Shown piece by piece: positions 31,542 to 41,671 of a stretch of 64,000 nt of DNA. The stretch covers positions 372,001 through 436,000 of the forward strand of contig OZ025726.1 in the NCBI GenBank assembly GCA_964019335.1, given 5' to 3'. The notes below the pieces were generated by a model that was given only the letters and a program-made list of their open reading frames with translations, was not told the DNA's origin and searched no databases. Every line of letters starts with the position of its first letter. Within the stretch, counting starts at the first letter, position 1. Made by a program: the position numbers and the translations under genes. Source of the DNA: Diplonema japonicum. Taxonomy: Eukaryota; Protista; Euglenozoa: Diplonemea.

Positions 31542-34500
31542 CTATCCCGTTCCTTCCAACAGCTGTACCACATTTGAGAGGCCGTTCTTAGCAGCCATTT
31601 CTCGTGCGGTTGAGCCATGCTTCGTTTCACGCATTGCGACGGCTTGTGGCGTGGCCATCGTTAGGATTGCGGCAAGGCCGGTTTCTTGTGATGTGAAGGC
31701 GGGCGACAAGACGGCCAGGTGAAGCGCGTTGCGAGCGTAGATGGTGGCAGGGAGGGCAGGGTCGGCTCCCAACGCCAGAAGGGTTGTCGTCGTGTTGATC
31801 AGTTCTGCCAATACTGCACAGTGGAGGGGCGTGTGGCCATCAGTGTCGCAAGGGTTTGGGTTGCCTGCTGCCAGCGTCTGGATCGCACTCTGCGCAGCCT
31901 CGCACACGTCCAGTTGCCTGCTGCTGCACATCACATGCACCACAGTGTTCCCACTATCGTCGATAACCCATGACCGGGCACCCATTGCCGCGAGGCATTC
32001 TATGACCCTGCCCAACCCCTTCTTGCTTCCTTCCAACAATGCCCTTTCCAACCCTGTCTTCCTCTTGCAGTTCCTCGCGGGCAGCAGCAATGTTAGTAGA
32101 TCCGTACCTTTTGCCGTGTTGAAGGCTGCGTTCCCACTCGCTGTCACAATGGGCAGCTCGATATCCTCCAGCGACACGTCGAAACCATCAGCAAGCACCA
32201 CCTGCAACACCGACAGCCTGCTGTTCCGCACAATGCACTCCACAGGCGACACACATGCCCCTGCATTGTCAATGTCCACCAGGGCCTGGACGCCTTCCCC
32301 CGATGCCATGCACACGTGGGTCATGTTACACGAAAGAGTAACCGCTGTATGATGGAAAGCCGGGTTCGGGACTCTGTGGAATGACTTCGGGTACAGACGC
32401 AGGGTTCTAGGAAGGGGATCCGGTGCATCAAGGAATTTGTAAGTGATTTCGTTTATCACCTCCGCCTGATGTGCGCGGAGGCTGTGCACGCCCCCTGTGT
32501 CGTGGAGACACGATACTAGTTCTGCCATGACACGGAGCGTGTCCTGCTGCGTCTCAGGCGTGTGGAGCATGACTATCATTTGCACGAAATCGGCCGCAAC
32601 TTTTTCGCGTGCATCTTCGTACGTCTCTAGTACACTTTTTTCCATGTTGTCTCCGATTATTCGATTTGCCTGGGCCCACTTCTCTTTTATCGTCCTGCAC
32701 GCCCCTCCGACTCGTGCCAGCCCATCCCGCAGAAGGGCCTCCCTTGCCTCTTCTTCTTTCCAATCCAACTTCAGTACAGCTTCCATCGCATTGCTCCAGT
32801 TACCAGAGTGGGGCACTTTGTCTAGCATTGCCACCAGTTGTGCACTTAATGGGTGGTTTTGCTTGAAAGTTGCATGCAGCAAGGGCTGCGCCATCCTCCA
32901 CCAATCAGGACCGTCCAAGCAGGACACCATGCGGGCAGTGCTTTGTTGAACCTGTTGCAAGAACTGGATAGCTTCCTGAGCCAAGGTGCGCGAAAAGGTT
33001 TGTAGGTAAGCAGGGTCGCAGGTCTGTGGGGATACATGTGTATCACAAATGGCTGCTTGGCGCACGAGAGCTGGAGAGAGGGATGGATGGGATGAGGCTG
33101 GTAGTGCTTGCAGAAGTTTGATGCCAAGCTTGCGGCGGAGAGAGAGAGTGTGCCCTTTGACTTTATGAACTGTTAGAACGCCGCGCATGTTACTTAGACT
33201 CCCTCCTATCACCTCCCCACCGTTTCTGATACTGTAAACGTAGGTCTTGTCTATCATCCGTACCTTTTGACTTAGCCGCCTATACACCCTGTCTGCACCG
33301 CCTCGAACTTTCTGAGCTGTATCCCGCGGCACCATGTTCCTAATGTACATAACCTTCACCTCCACACCGTAGGGCCGCTCCTGCACCTCGAGGACCTTGT
33401 ACTCGCTCATGGCAGGAAGGATAACTCTTTCTTTGTGCACCAACGATGGAATCGAGTGCCGTGTTTGATGCACACACAGCACGACGTGCTGCCCGGTGGT
33501 GTCTGCCTCTACCGCCTTTGGCAAGCCCCCACTCGCCCAGGCACCCACAATCGGTCCTGTCGAGTACAGAAGACCTCCCACCTTCAGCGTGCGGTACCAT
33601 TTCATCGCGTGCGACGGGATATTATTGTAACACGCCACCGCCTGCAGCTGTTTGCTCCGCTTCACTGTTTCCGAGGGGAGGATCTCTTCTGTGGAGGCCA
33701 TCAGCAGCTGCAACGTGCAACACCAGCTCTGCAAGGCTGCCGGGCTGCAGAACGCCTCCACCACACAGGATATCAATGGTACCACGTTTCCCGGGGCGCT
33801 CTTTTGTGTGAACCCCAGGACAGCATCCACTTCACAAGGATCCATCCCTACTAAGGCTATCACCAGCAGCTGCAGGCTGTCGAAGCGGGGGTAGTTGTCG
33901 CCAAACAACTCAGAACAGCATTCGGCAAGATTCAGAAGTCTTTTAAGTGGGTTGCCAGCACAAGAGGGGTACTGCAGATTGTCAAGTAACTCACTCACAA
34001 GATCGGCACCCTTACGAGCTACAGCACGGTCGATGGCAGTGCAACGGCCCTTCACAACATGGAGCCACTCAGAGCAAAACAAGTGGGCACCGTTCTTGAC
34101 ACCTACGGCGCAGCGCGCACGGGAACTAGCCGAGGGAAAACTACTAAGAGATGCAGTCCGTGTAGGAGCGGACTTCTTGGTTTCAATCAACTTGCGGAAG
34201 GGATTCTTCACTTGCTCGACAGTGTGTTCCGAGTGGCACTCCAAGATGCCGATGGCTTCTCTAAGGCAGTTTGCGTTGTCGCAGACGGCCTGCGTGAGTG
34301 TGTCTACACGAACTCCTTCACTTGTGGACACCACTAAGGGATGGGAGGGGACCTCGAGTGTCCGGGACCATGTTTCCCCTGCGCACCACTCCATGCTGTT
34401 CTCATTGATGCTCGCAGGGCGGCCGTCCCTTTCCACAAATTCAGGCTTATCGGAATAGTGCCACCTGTTGCCTTCAATAAATACAGCCACATCCCCAACA

Positions 34501-35117
34501 CCCCACCAAAGGCCTTCTGTTGAGGTGTCGGGGGTATCGTGGATAGAAGAAGACACAGAAAGTTCTAGTTGCGGCGGAATGACTTGTGACTTCCTCTTCA
34601 TTTCCCTTGCGCGAGACTTAGGAGATGTGGCCGCCTTGGGGGATGTGCTCATCTTTGGTTTCGAACCTTCGATAAGTGTTTTGTACAGTGTAGCGGTGAC
34701 GTACTTAGCCACGTTGTTCAGGTCCAGTGCCCGATGTGTTGTCGATCCGTCGGAGATGGCGAAGGCTTCAACGACATCTTGCTTTAGCTTTTCATGTCCA
34801 GGAGGAGCGAGGCCAGCTTCGTCATGCAACAGGAGAAGAAATTCCAGCATCTCGTCTCTACACAGTTTGTGGTCTCTGTCCACATCAACTTGCCTGAACA
34901 GTCTGAACAACATGTCTATTGTGTCAGGCGTAAAGTCTCTCTTGAAGGCATCAGTCACCATAGCAAGTGATACCCCCACACCCTTCTTCTGCATCACAGG
35001 TAGCACACCACCGAGCTCTTCCCATTCATCGATCTTGACTGTACTTTTCCTCTTCCTGAACGACACCCTTTTGAGCAATGTGGGCTTCTTAGTCGGACTC
35101 AAAGGAGGGATCTTCAT
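31542..35117 (-). CDS. Large protein: N-terminal EF-hand, central possible ADP-ribosyltransferase-like segment, C-terminal ankyrin repeats
   Basis: DVDRDHKLCRDE EF loop; GNTVVHV, GHTPLHCAV, RNALHLAV ankyrin motifs. The ART-like similarity is weak. Confidence 0.72.
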   Translation of the reverse strand: MKIPPLSPTKKPTLLKRVSFRKRKSTVKIDEWEELGGVLPVMQKKGVGVSLAMVTDAFKRDFTPDTIDMLFRLFRQVDVDRDHKLCRDEMLEFLLLLHDEAGLAPPGHEKLKQDVVEAFAISDGSTTHRALDLNNVAKYVTATLYKTLIEGSKPKMSTSPKAATSPKSRAREMKRKSQVIPPQLELSVSSSIHDTPDTSTEGLWWGVGDVAVFIEGNRWHYSDKPEFVERDGRPASINENSMEWCAGETWSRTLEVPSHPLVVSTSEGVRVDTLTQAVCDNANCLREAIGILECHSEHTVEQVKNPFRKLIETKKSAPTRTASLSSFPSASSRARCAVGVKNGAHLFCSEWLHVVKGRCTAIDRAVARKGADLVSELLDNLQYPSCAGNPLKRLLNLAECCSELFGDNYPRFDSLQLLVIALVGMDPCEVDAVLGFTQKSAPGNVVPLISCVVEAFCSPAALQSWCCTLQLLMASTEEILPSETVKRSKQLQAVACYNNIPSHAMKWYRTLKVGGLLYSTGPIVGAWASGGLPKAVEADTTGQHVVLCVHQTRHSIPSLVHKERVILPAMSEYKVLEVQERPYGVEVKVMYIRNMVPRDTAQKVRGGADRVYRRLSQKVRMIDKTYVYSIRNGGEVIGGSLSNMRGVLTVHKVKGHTLSLRRKLGIKLLQALPASSHPSLSPALVRQAAICDTHVSPQTCDPAYLQTFSRTLAQEAIQFLQQVQQSTARMVSCLDGPDWWRMAQPLLHATFKQNHPLSAQLVAMLDKVPHSGNWSNAMEAVLKLDWKEEEAREALLRDGLARVGGACRTIKEKWAQANRIIGDNMEKSVLETYEDAREKVAADFVQMIVMLHTPETQQDTLRVMAELVSCLHDTGGVHSLRAHQAEVINEITYKFLDAPDPLPRTLRLYPKSFHRVPNPAFHHTAVTLSCNMTHVCMASGEGVQALVDIDNAGACVSPVECIVRNSRLSVLQVVLADGFDVSLEDIELPIVTASGNAAFNTAKGTDLLTLLLPARNCKRKTGLERALLEGSKKGLGRVIECLAAMGARSWVIDDSGNTVVHVMCSSRQLDVCEAAQSAIQTLAAGNPNPCDTDGHTPLHCAVLAELINTTTTLLALGADPALPATIYARNALHLAVLSPAFTSQETGLAAILTMATPQAVAMRETKHGSTAREMAAKNGLSNVVQLLEGTG

Positions 35118-35230
35118 GTGCAAGCATGGTGTACCTGCAGTGTGTTGCAGTAGGACAAACAAAGGTGGCTATTTGCAACAAGTAAATAAGGTACAGTGTA
35201 CAGGTACAATTGTAAATATCTAGGGAAATG

Positions 35231-35974
35231 TCAAACAAGGTTTCGCATGTAGTTAACAAGCTGAAACCTTTTCTGCAGAGTGGTCTTTACGCACGGGATG
35301 GTGGTTCTGTCTGGGTGGAGTTTTGCAAGCATCTTCTTCATCTCGTTTTTGTCGTCGGTGCCTAAGGCTTCAATGACGTCCATTCGAGAGAGCTTTCTGG
35401 ATTGGCTGAGGAGGGTCTCGATGGCCTCATCGGAGCAGCTCTCGACGCTCATGGAGGACACCTCGTCGATGGCACTGGCCATCGATTGGGGCACGGTACG
35501 GGCAGCAGGCTGCACAGGGACCGCTCCATGCATTCGTTGTGGCTGTTGCTGCCGTGTGTACGCTTGCTGCTGTAGCACAGCGACCTTTGCCCGCTCAGTC
35601 TGCAGTGCTGCTCTTAGAGAGTGAACCTCACGCTTCATATTTTCAAATGTACGTGCGGGCACTGTGACCATCTCCTCCTCATATACAGGGCGAGCCCCCT
35701 GTGCCTGTGCCTCAGGTACGACATTGGGTGCACCACTCATAGGGATGCACCTCCCAGCCAGGTCACAGCACATTGCGTGGAATGCCTCAAATGGTATTTC
35801 ATGCCCCGTCGTGTGCACCTTGCGGAGTTTCTCGATCCTTTCACGAGGCACTCTGGTGAAACCGGCAGCCTGCAGTGCCACAGCCAGATCGCAGCTGTGC
35901 ATGAACCCCCCTGCGGAGAACATGTCGTAGGCTTCCTTTCTGTCCGCCACAGTCGCTTGGTCATCGCAACCCAT
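35231..35974 (-). CDS. Protein with calmodulin-like N-terminus, coiled coil and C-terminal J-like domain
   Basis: KEAYDMF.....DLAVALQAAG...IPFEAF; KKMLAKLHPDR...KRFQLVN (HPD motif). Confidence 0.65.
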   Translation of the reverse strand: MGCDDQATVADRKEAYDMFSAGGFMHSCDLAVALQAAGFTRVPRERIEKLRKVHTTGHEIPFEAFHAMCCDLAGRCIPMSGAPNVVPEAQAQGARPVYEEEMVTVPARTFENMKREVHSLRAALQTERAKVAVLQQQAYTRQQQPQRMHGAVPVQPAARTVPQSMASAIDEVSSMSVESCSDEAIETLLSQSRKLSRMDVIEALGTDDKNEMKKMLAKLHPDRTTIPCVKTTLQKRFQLVNYMRNLV

Positions 35975-36042
35975 CTGCCCCCCTGTGTCTGTGCTGCAAG
36001 TGAAACTGTCAACAGAATATGAATGCCAACAATATCTATGTC

Positions 36043-36624
36043 TTACACACGTGGTGTGGGCTGAGCAAAGGGCAACCTTGCGGGGTTTAAAGGTTCTTGG
36101 ACGGCCTGTTTGTTACTCTTCATTTTTTTCTGATTCTGTTTCTCTTGGGCCCACTCGCGCACCGCGGCGATGGTGGCGGACTTGGAGGATGGCTTCTGGC
36201 GTTCCTGGAAAGCTGTGAGGGTGGTCGTGACCGCGTCGCCTGCACCGTAGTAGAGACCGGCGAGGGCTTTCTGGAAGGGGTGGGGTGTGGAGGGGATCAG
36301 GTTTGCTGATCTGACTATAGTACGCTTCTTACCATTCATCATTTTAGTGTTTGAACAACCTTTCTTCAACCAGCAGCACCTGTCGTCCCACCGAGGGTTT
36401 GGTCCTGCACCCGTCTGGTAGTTGTACACAACAGCACTACAGCGAGCGTCCCCGTTGCACTTTGCAACACACTCCTCTTCAGACACACTGCAGACTTTGT
36501 CCAAGTCATCTTTGAAGCAATCCTCGTCCAGTCCTCCGAGATCCTCTGTTATTGCCACACACTTCGGGCTAGCTCCCACCGACACGCACCACAGTGCAAT
36601 GCAAAATACAACTACGTTCTTCAT
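36043..36624 (-). CDS. Secreted PAN/Apple-domain protein
   Basis: Signal peptide MKNVVVFCIALWCVSVGA; EEECVAKCNGDARCSAVVY...CCWLK. Confidence 0.75.
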   Translation of the reverse strand: MKNVVVFCIALWCVSVGASPKCVAITEDLGGLDEDCFKDDLDKVCSVSEEECVAKCNGDARCSAVVYNYQTGAGPNPRWDDRCCWLKKGCSNTKMMNGKKRTIVRSANLIPSTPHPFQKALAGLYYGAGDAVTTTLTAFQERQKPSSKSATIAAVREWAQEKQNQKKMKSNKQAVQEPLNPARLPFAQPTPRV

Positions 36625-37436
36625 TAACCTTTGCCTCCACACAGTCCTGTGGTGTATAATGCGGAGTAAAGCGGGGGAAAAAAAAATAAAAAAGTATAAA
36701 AAAAAAAAGTTGCGCAGCCAAATCCTAACAATAAGCAAAAAAGTTTTTTTTTTTTTTTAAAAAAAGACAATTAAAAATTAGTGACAACCCCTCTAAAAAA
36801 GAAAATGAATGAAGAAAAAAAAATCAGGAGCACTACGATGGGCCACTCTTTTAAAGGGATCAGCTGGAATGGAAAAAGAAAAGGCGATGCCTAAGGGTAG
36901 GCCCTATAGAGGACCACCCGAAAGGGGAGGGGCGGGGGGAAAGCCTGTTTTACATTGATTCTCTTTCTACTTATGGTTCTTGTTTTCTCTTTTCTTTTTT
37001 TTTTTTTTGTTAGAAAAGACCAACGGCAATAAAAAGGTCCAAGGCTTTGTTTTTGTGGACAATGTCCCGTGACCTATCCAAGCTGCTGGAGGGCCGGTTT
37101 TAAGACGAAGAGAACAAAAAAAAGAGAAAGAAAAAAGAAAAGGAATGGTTTAACGAGACCTGGTAGTGCTTCAAGCACCGCCATCAACCTCAATGTGATT
37201 TAGTTATTCCTTCTCTTTTCTTTTTTATTAAGCCAGAGAAAACAACATAACGCTTTCTTAAATAGCGCAGTACGAAGGCTAAAAAAAAACAGCAGGGGGG
37301 GATGGTGACGTGTTTGAAAAATTAAGCAAAAGAAAAAGAAAAAGAAAAGAAACGTGTGGCGGGGAGGGGGGAGAGTTCGCTGTGCTAGGAGGTGGTCGGT
37401 GATTTATTAGGAGCGAAAATTAGCTATGGGGTAAAA

Positions 37437-39755
37437 TCACAGCTCGTTATCACGGGCCTTCTGAATGTAAATAAGCTCCCTCAAGAGGATGGCACCACCA
37501 GTGGGCTTCGCAATGAAGAGGTCGTACCTGTTGATGGTGTGGGCGTTGTGGCCTAGAAGGATGCCATCCACCACAGGCTTTGCCACAATACGCATGTACT
37601 GCGGGATGCCAGCGGTCTGTTGCGGCTCCTCTACCACAACTTGCATGTACATGTTTCGTGGCCTGTCGTAGAGGGCGTAGTACCCATGCTCACCCGAGAT
37701 GGCGTGGATGGGTGAGTCTACACAATTCTGTGTCAGTGCAGCCCCTGCCCCGCCTGGCGTTGCGTACCCGAAGCACTCGACGAAGTGCCCCATGCCGTAG
37801 TGCCCCTGCCACCCGTCCCCTGCAGGCGTCTTCCCGGCGGTGGCGTCCATCTCCATCTGATCCACCGTGGCCTTGCTTAGGAACTTGTACCCCAGCATCC
37901 CCTCCAGGAACTTCCCGTAGTCCTCACCAGTGGTCTGCATTCCCCTCGCAAGCGACGGGTTGTTGTAGGGCGCTGCGCCCCACTGTGTCTGGGTCATCCC
38001 CACCTTCGTCGTGAACTCCGTCAGCAGCTCGTTGATGGGCCTCTTCGTTGCCGCCTCCAACACCGCACCAGCAAACTCCATGTGACAGTCAAGGTTCGTG
38101 AACTCAGTGCCAGGAGCCGCGCCCTTGGGTGTCGCAGTGTATAAGTCTTTCACGCAGTCCATGAAGATGGCACCAGGGTTCTGTTGGCATGTGACGTTGA
38201 CATCCGACTGGAAGCCGCTGGTGGAGGTGAGCAGGTGCCTCAGAGTGATCTGGGACCTCGAATCAGACGAGTCCTGCGCCCACCATGAGAGGTGGTTCTT
38301 GACAAGGTCGTCGAAACCCAGGGCACCGCTCTCGACGTGCATGGCGACCATGGCAGCAACGGGCCACTTGCCCACACTGCCGCCCTGCACCTTTGCGCCC
38401 ATATGCAGCCTCCCAAAGCTGGTTGTGTACTGAGTGCCTGATGTGTTGCCAACATGGAAGGCGAAGTGTTTGGTGAACTCTTGTCCGTGCCACGCGTTAA
38501 GCCCAGCCCACAGCGTGTCCCAGCCACCGATGATGGGGTCGGCCTCCACTGTCATCCCGTGCTTCAGGTAGAACCTCTCCAACTCAGGTGTGTGGCTCAA
38601 CTTCTTGTTCTCCCTGCTGGGGATGATGCGCGATGCTTCGTCGATGCCGAAGATGTCCCTGAGGATCATGCCGCCCATGTCCTCCAGGATGACTTCCCTG
38701 TTCACCTGAGCAGGGTCCTTGTCCACCATGATGTAGTTGATCAAAGGTTTGGCAAGCATTGTGTAGTACTCAGGGATACCAGACTTGATGTAGTTCTCCT
38801 TTACCACGACCTGGTAGTAGAACTCTCGGGACCTATCGAGGATGGGGAACCACCCCCACAGGCCGGGGTCGGAGTGGATCTTCTCGTCGATGCAACGCTG
38901 GGGGAGGTATTGCGGCTCAGACTGGTTGCGCCCGATGGTGTACCCGTAGCACTCGAAGAAGTTGCCCATGCAGTAGTGCCCGAAGAACATACCCGAAGGG
39001 CTGATGGGCGGTTTGGACCAGTCTGTCTCGAGGACATTGGTGATGTCCTGAGGGAGGAACTTGTTGGTGAGGGTGCCGAAAAGGAACTTCTCGTAATCAT
39101 TACCAGTGGTGGTGATGCCTGCTGCGATCTGCGGGTTCTTGTAAGGAGGGCTGCCCCACGTGGTGGCGTTCAGCTTCAAAGGTGTGTAAAGGTACTTCGC
39201 GTACAACTGGTCAATAGGGATGCCAGATGCTGCGACTGCCATGGCACCGGCGAACTGGTAATGGCACTCAAGGTAGGCCCAGGTGACACCAGGGGGGTAG
39301 GCATGGGGGGTCACCTCGTAGAGTTGCCTCTGGCAATCAACAAAATCGTATGAAGGGTTGACGGAGCAGTTCACCTGGCCGTCCTTCACATAGCCATCAG
39401 TGAAGGAGAGCAGGTGTCTCAACGTGATGTTGGACCTGGAGTCAGAAGGGTCCGTTGCCCACCAGCTGAGGTACTTGCTCGGCTTGTCGTCGTACGACAG
39501 GATCCCATCATTCACAAGGCCACTGATCATGCTTGCAGACGGCCACTTGCTAGCGCTGGCCCCCGCCATCCTGTTGTGCATGGTGGTGGTTCCAGTCATG
39601 TAGACCATCTTGGTGCCGGTGGCATCACCCACATTCACACCGAAGTTCGTGTTGTAGTTCAGCTTTGACCACGTGTCCACTCCATCAGTCACGGGCTTCC
39701 ACTTATCCCCCATTGCAGCGCCCACTAGGGCAGCTGCAACTACTGTCTTCAACAT
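37437..39755 (-). CDS. Secreted serine hydrolase with two tandem beta-lactamase-family domains
   Basis: Signal peptide; SxxK motifs SASK and SVGK, each followed by ITLRHLL; clear internal duplication; intronless. Confidence 0.85.
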   Translation of the reverse strand: MLKTVVAAALVGAAMGDKWKPVTDGVDTWSKLNYNTNFGVNVGDATGTKMVYMTGTTTMHNRMAGASASKWPSASMISGLVNDGILSYDDKPSKYLSWWATDPSDSRSNITLRHLLSFTDGYVKDGQVNCSVNPSYDFVDCQRQLYEVTPHAYPPGVTWAYLECHYQFAGAMAVAASGIPIDQLYAKYLYTPLKLNATTWGSPPYKNPQIAAGITTTGNDYEKFLFGTLTNKFLPQDITNVLETDWSKPPISPSGMFFGHYCMGNFFECYGYTIGRNQSEPQYLPQRCIDEKIHSDPGLWGWFPILDRSREFYYQVVVKENYIKSGIPEYYTMLAKPLINYIMVDKDPAQVNREVILEDMGGMILRDIFGIDEASRIIPSRENKKLSHTPELERFYLKHGMTVEADPIIGGWDTLWAGLNAWHGQEFTKHFAFHVGNTSGTQYTTSFGRLHMGAKVQGGSVGKWPVAAMVAMHVESGALGFDDLVKNHLSWWAQDSSDSRSQITLRHLLTSTSGFQSDVNVTCQQNPGAIFMDCVKDLYTATPKGAAPGTEFTNLDCHMEFAGAVLEAATKRPINELLTEFTTKVGMTQTQWGAAPYNNPSLARGMQTTGEDYGKFLEGMLGYKFLSKATVDQMEMDATAGKTPAGDGWQGHYGMGHFVECFGYATPGGAGAALTQNCVDSPIHAISGEHGYYALYDRPRNMYMQVVVEEPQQTAGIPQYMRIVAKPVVDGILLGHNAHTINRYDLFIAKPTGGAILLRELIYIQKARDNEL

Positions 39756-40045
39756 TTTTTTTTTTCCCCTGCCTTTTTTTTAAAAGTTAGTGATTTGATT
39801 TAAAAAAAAAAAAATATGGAACAAAAGACCACAAGGATAGCTGAGTCAAGGAGGGGAAAAAAGCTTAAGAATGCAGATGTAAAAAAAAAAAAGAAAAGAA
39901 AAAGAGGGAAAACAAAACAAAAAAATAGGCTTTTCCCCCTCCACGAAGAAGAAAAAAAAAAGAGAGAGAAAAAAAAAAGAAGAAAAAAAGGGCAGTAAAT
40001 AAAAAAAAAAGAATAGGAGCGGCATCCGCTTTAAAAATGAAATCG

Positions 40046-40134
40046 AAAGAAAGACTTCCACCTGTCAGAGAGGCGGCTAAAGTTTTTTCAAAAAGCCTTA
40101 TCAGTCTGAGTAAAGCTTCACACGCTTCTCCTTT
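40046..40134 (-). promoter_or_regulatory. Candidate non-canonical SECIS element
   Basis: In the SelS-like 3' UTR: helix AAAGGAG/UUUCUUU, GUGAA...GGAA quartet, interrupted helix, then AA and a GGCU/AGCC ministem. Spacing is longer than canonical. Confidence 0.3.
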
Positions 40135-40436
40135 GTATTTCAATTCTTTTTTTTTTGTTTCTACAAGGGTTGGTGGCCCGACCGCCACCCTGCGCTCAGA
40201 ATCTCGTAATAAAAAAAATAAAAAAAAATGAAATAAAAAAAAAACCCCCCCCGACAATAATAATAATTATAACAGAAGTAAAAAAAAGAACTCTTTAAAG
40301 TATCGCGGCTATGCTTCGTGTAGGGGATTCATTGCTGCTAGTTGTGTCCTTTTCTTTTTTCCTCTTATTGTGTGGGGTTTTTTTTTTTTTTTCTTTTCTT
40401 TTTTTTTTTTTTTCTCACGAGCATCATTGCGCATAT

Positions 40437-40939
40437 TTACCCTCACCCACCTCCACCTCTCCTCGAGAATCCTGATGGTCGGAACCTGGCGGGGCCACAC
40501 GAAGCCGCAGACAGCTTGTAGGGGGCTCGCTTTGGGTTGTCCTGCGAGGGCCCCAGTGGCGCGGGCGTATCGTCCTCCACCTCCTCACCATTTATCTGCT
40601 TCTCGAGATTTTCCATTTTCTTCAATTTTTTTTCGTCGTTCTTCTTAGCTTCCTCGTTTCTTGCTTGTGCGTGCTTTTCAGAATGCTGCATATGTTGCTC
40701 TGCTATCTTCTCCCTAGAAGCCTTCATTCTGCTCTCCAAGTCCTGGTCAGGTACCCTGTTGGTCATTTTTTTAAAAAAAATTTTCCCTTCTCATACACTT
40801 TAACGACAGGATTCTGCCGTTTTTCCCACCAACATGCTATGTTCTCTGCAATCCTGCTTCCCTTGAAAAGCTCCCGCGCTACTAAAATAGCGAAGAACAA
40901 AAAGAACCAGTAGATTTTTTCTTTGGAAGGGTCATCCAT
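40437..40939 (-). CDS. SELENOS: Selenoprotein S-like protein (intron 40756-40796; in-frame UGA at 40443-40445; 153 aa)
   Basis: N-terminal TM (IYWFFLFFAILVA), charged coiled coil, disordered tail RFRPSGFSRRGGGG-TGA-GGG-TAA, matching the SelS terminus ...RRG..GGUG. Confidence 0.75.
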
Positions 40940-41671
40940 TTTTTTTTTTATTATTATTTGTGTGTCCTTCTTTCCCTCCTCCCCTTGGACGTGTCTGTTA
41001 AAATTTCGCAAAACTACTACTTTGGAACTCAATTAATTTTTTTTTAAAATTTGAAAAGAAAAAAAGAACTGGATATCGAGATGGAATAAAAAGAAAAAAA
41101 AAGAGGAAAAAAAAAAGAAAAAAGAGAAAACTGAAAAGTCCTTCCTGTGCACCTCAATGCAGTGCCGAAAGAAGAACGAATTAATATTTAAATCCTTGTG
41201 TTCCTTCGGGTCATAATAATACTTTTTTTTTTATTTAACGCGAGCAGGGTTTTCAAGGGTGGGAGTGAAAATAAGATTTTACTTTATGTCTGTCCCAGAC
41301 ATTATTTTCACTCACCTGTTTACCTTGGTTCTAAACATTGCTTCACTCCTGCACCTAATTTCACCTAGAATGTCTTGCCTGTCCTTTATATTGGCACGAG
41401 AGTGTGAGGATTTCTTTCTTCTCAATAACTACCAGTTTTTTTTTTTCTTCTTTTTCTTTTTTTAAAAGTCTCGAACAAATATTTGTTTATAAAAAAAAAC
41501 ACAAACTAAAAGAAAAAAAAACACATATTTTTTTTAATGGCTCGCGTTTTCGCGCGGAAAGAAAAAAAAAAGAGAGAAACAAAAGAAGGTGAATGTAATT
41601 ATGTTACATAGTGTAAAAAAAAGGGGGGGGAGGGGGGGGGGGGGGGCGGCTCTTGTTCTTTTTTTTTTTCT

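Noticed and set aside
40300-40430. AUGA-type SECIS close to the SelS-like stop
   Set aside because: The two AUGA motifs have no complementary helix and GA partner.
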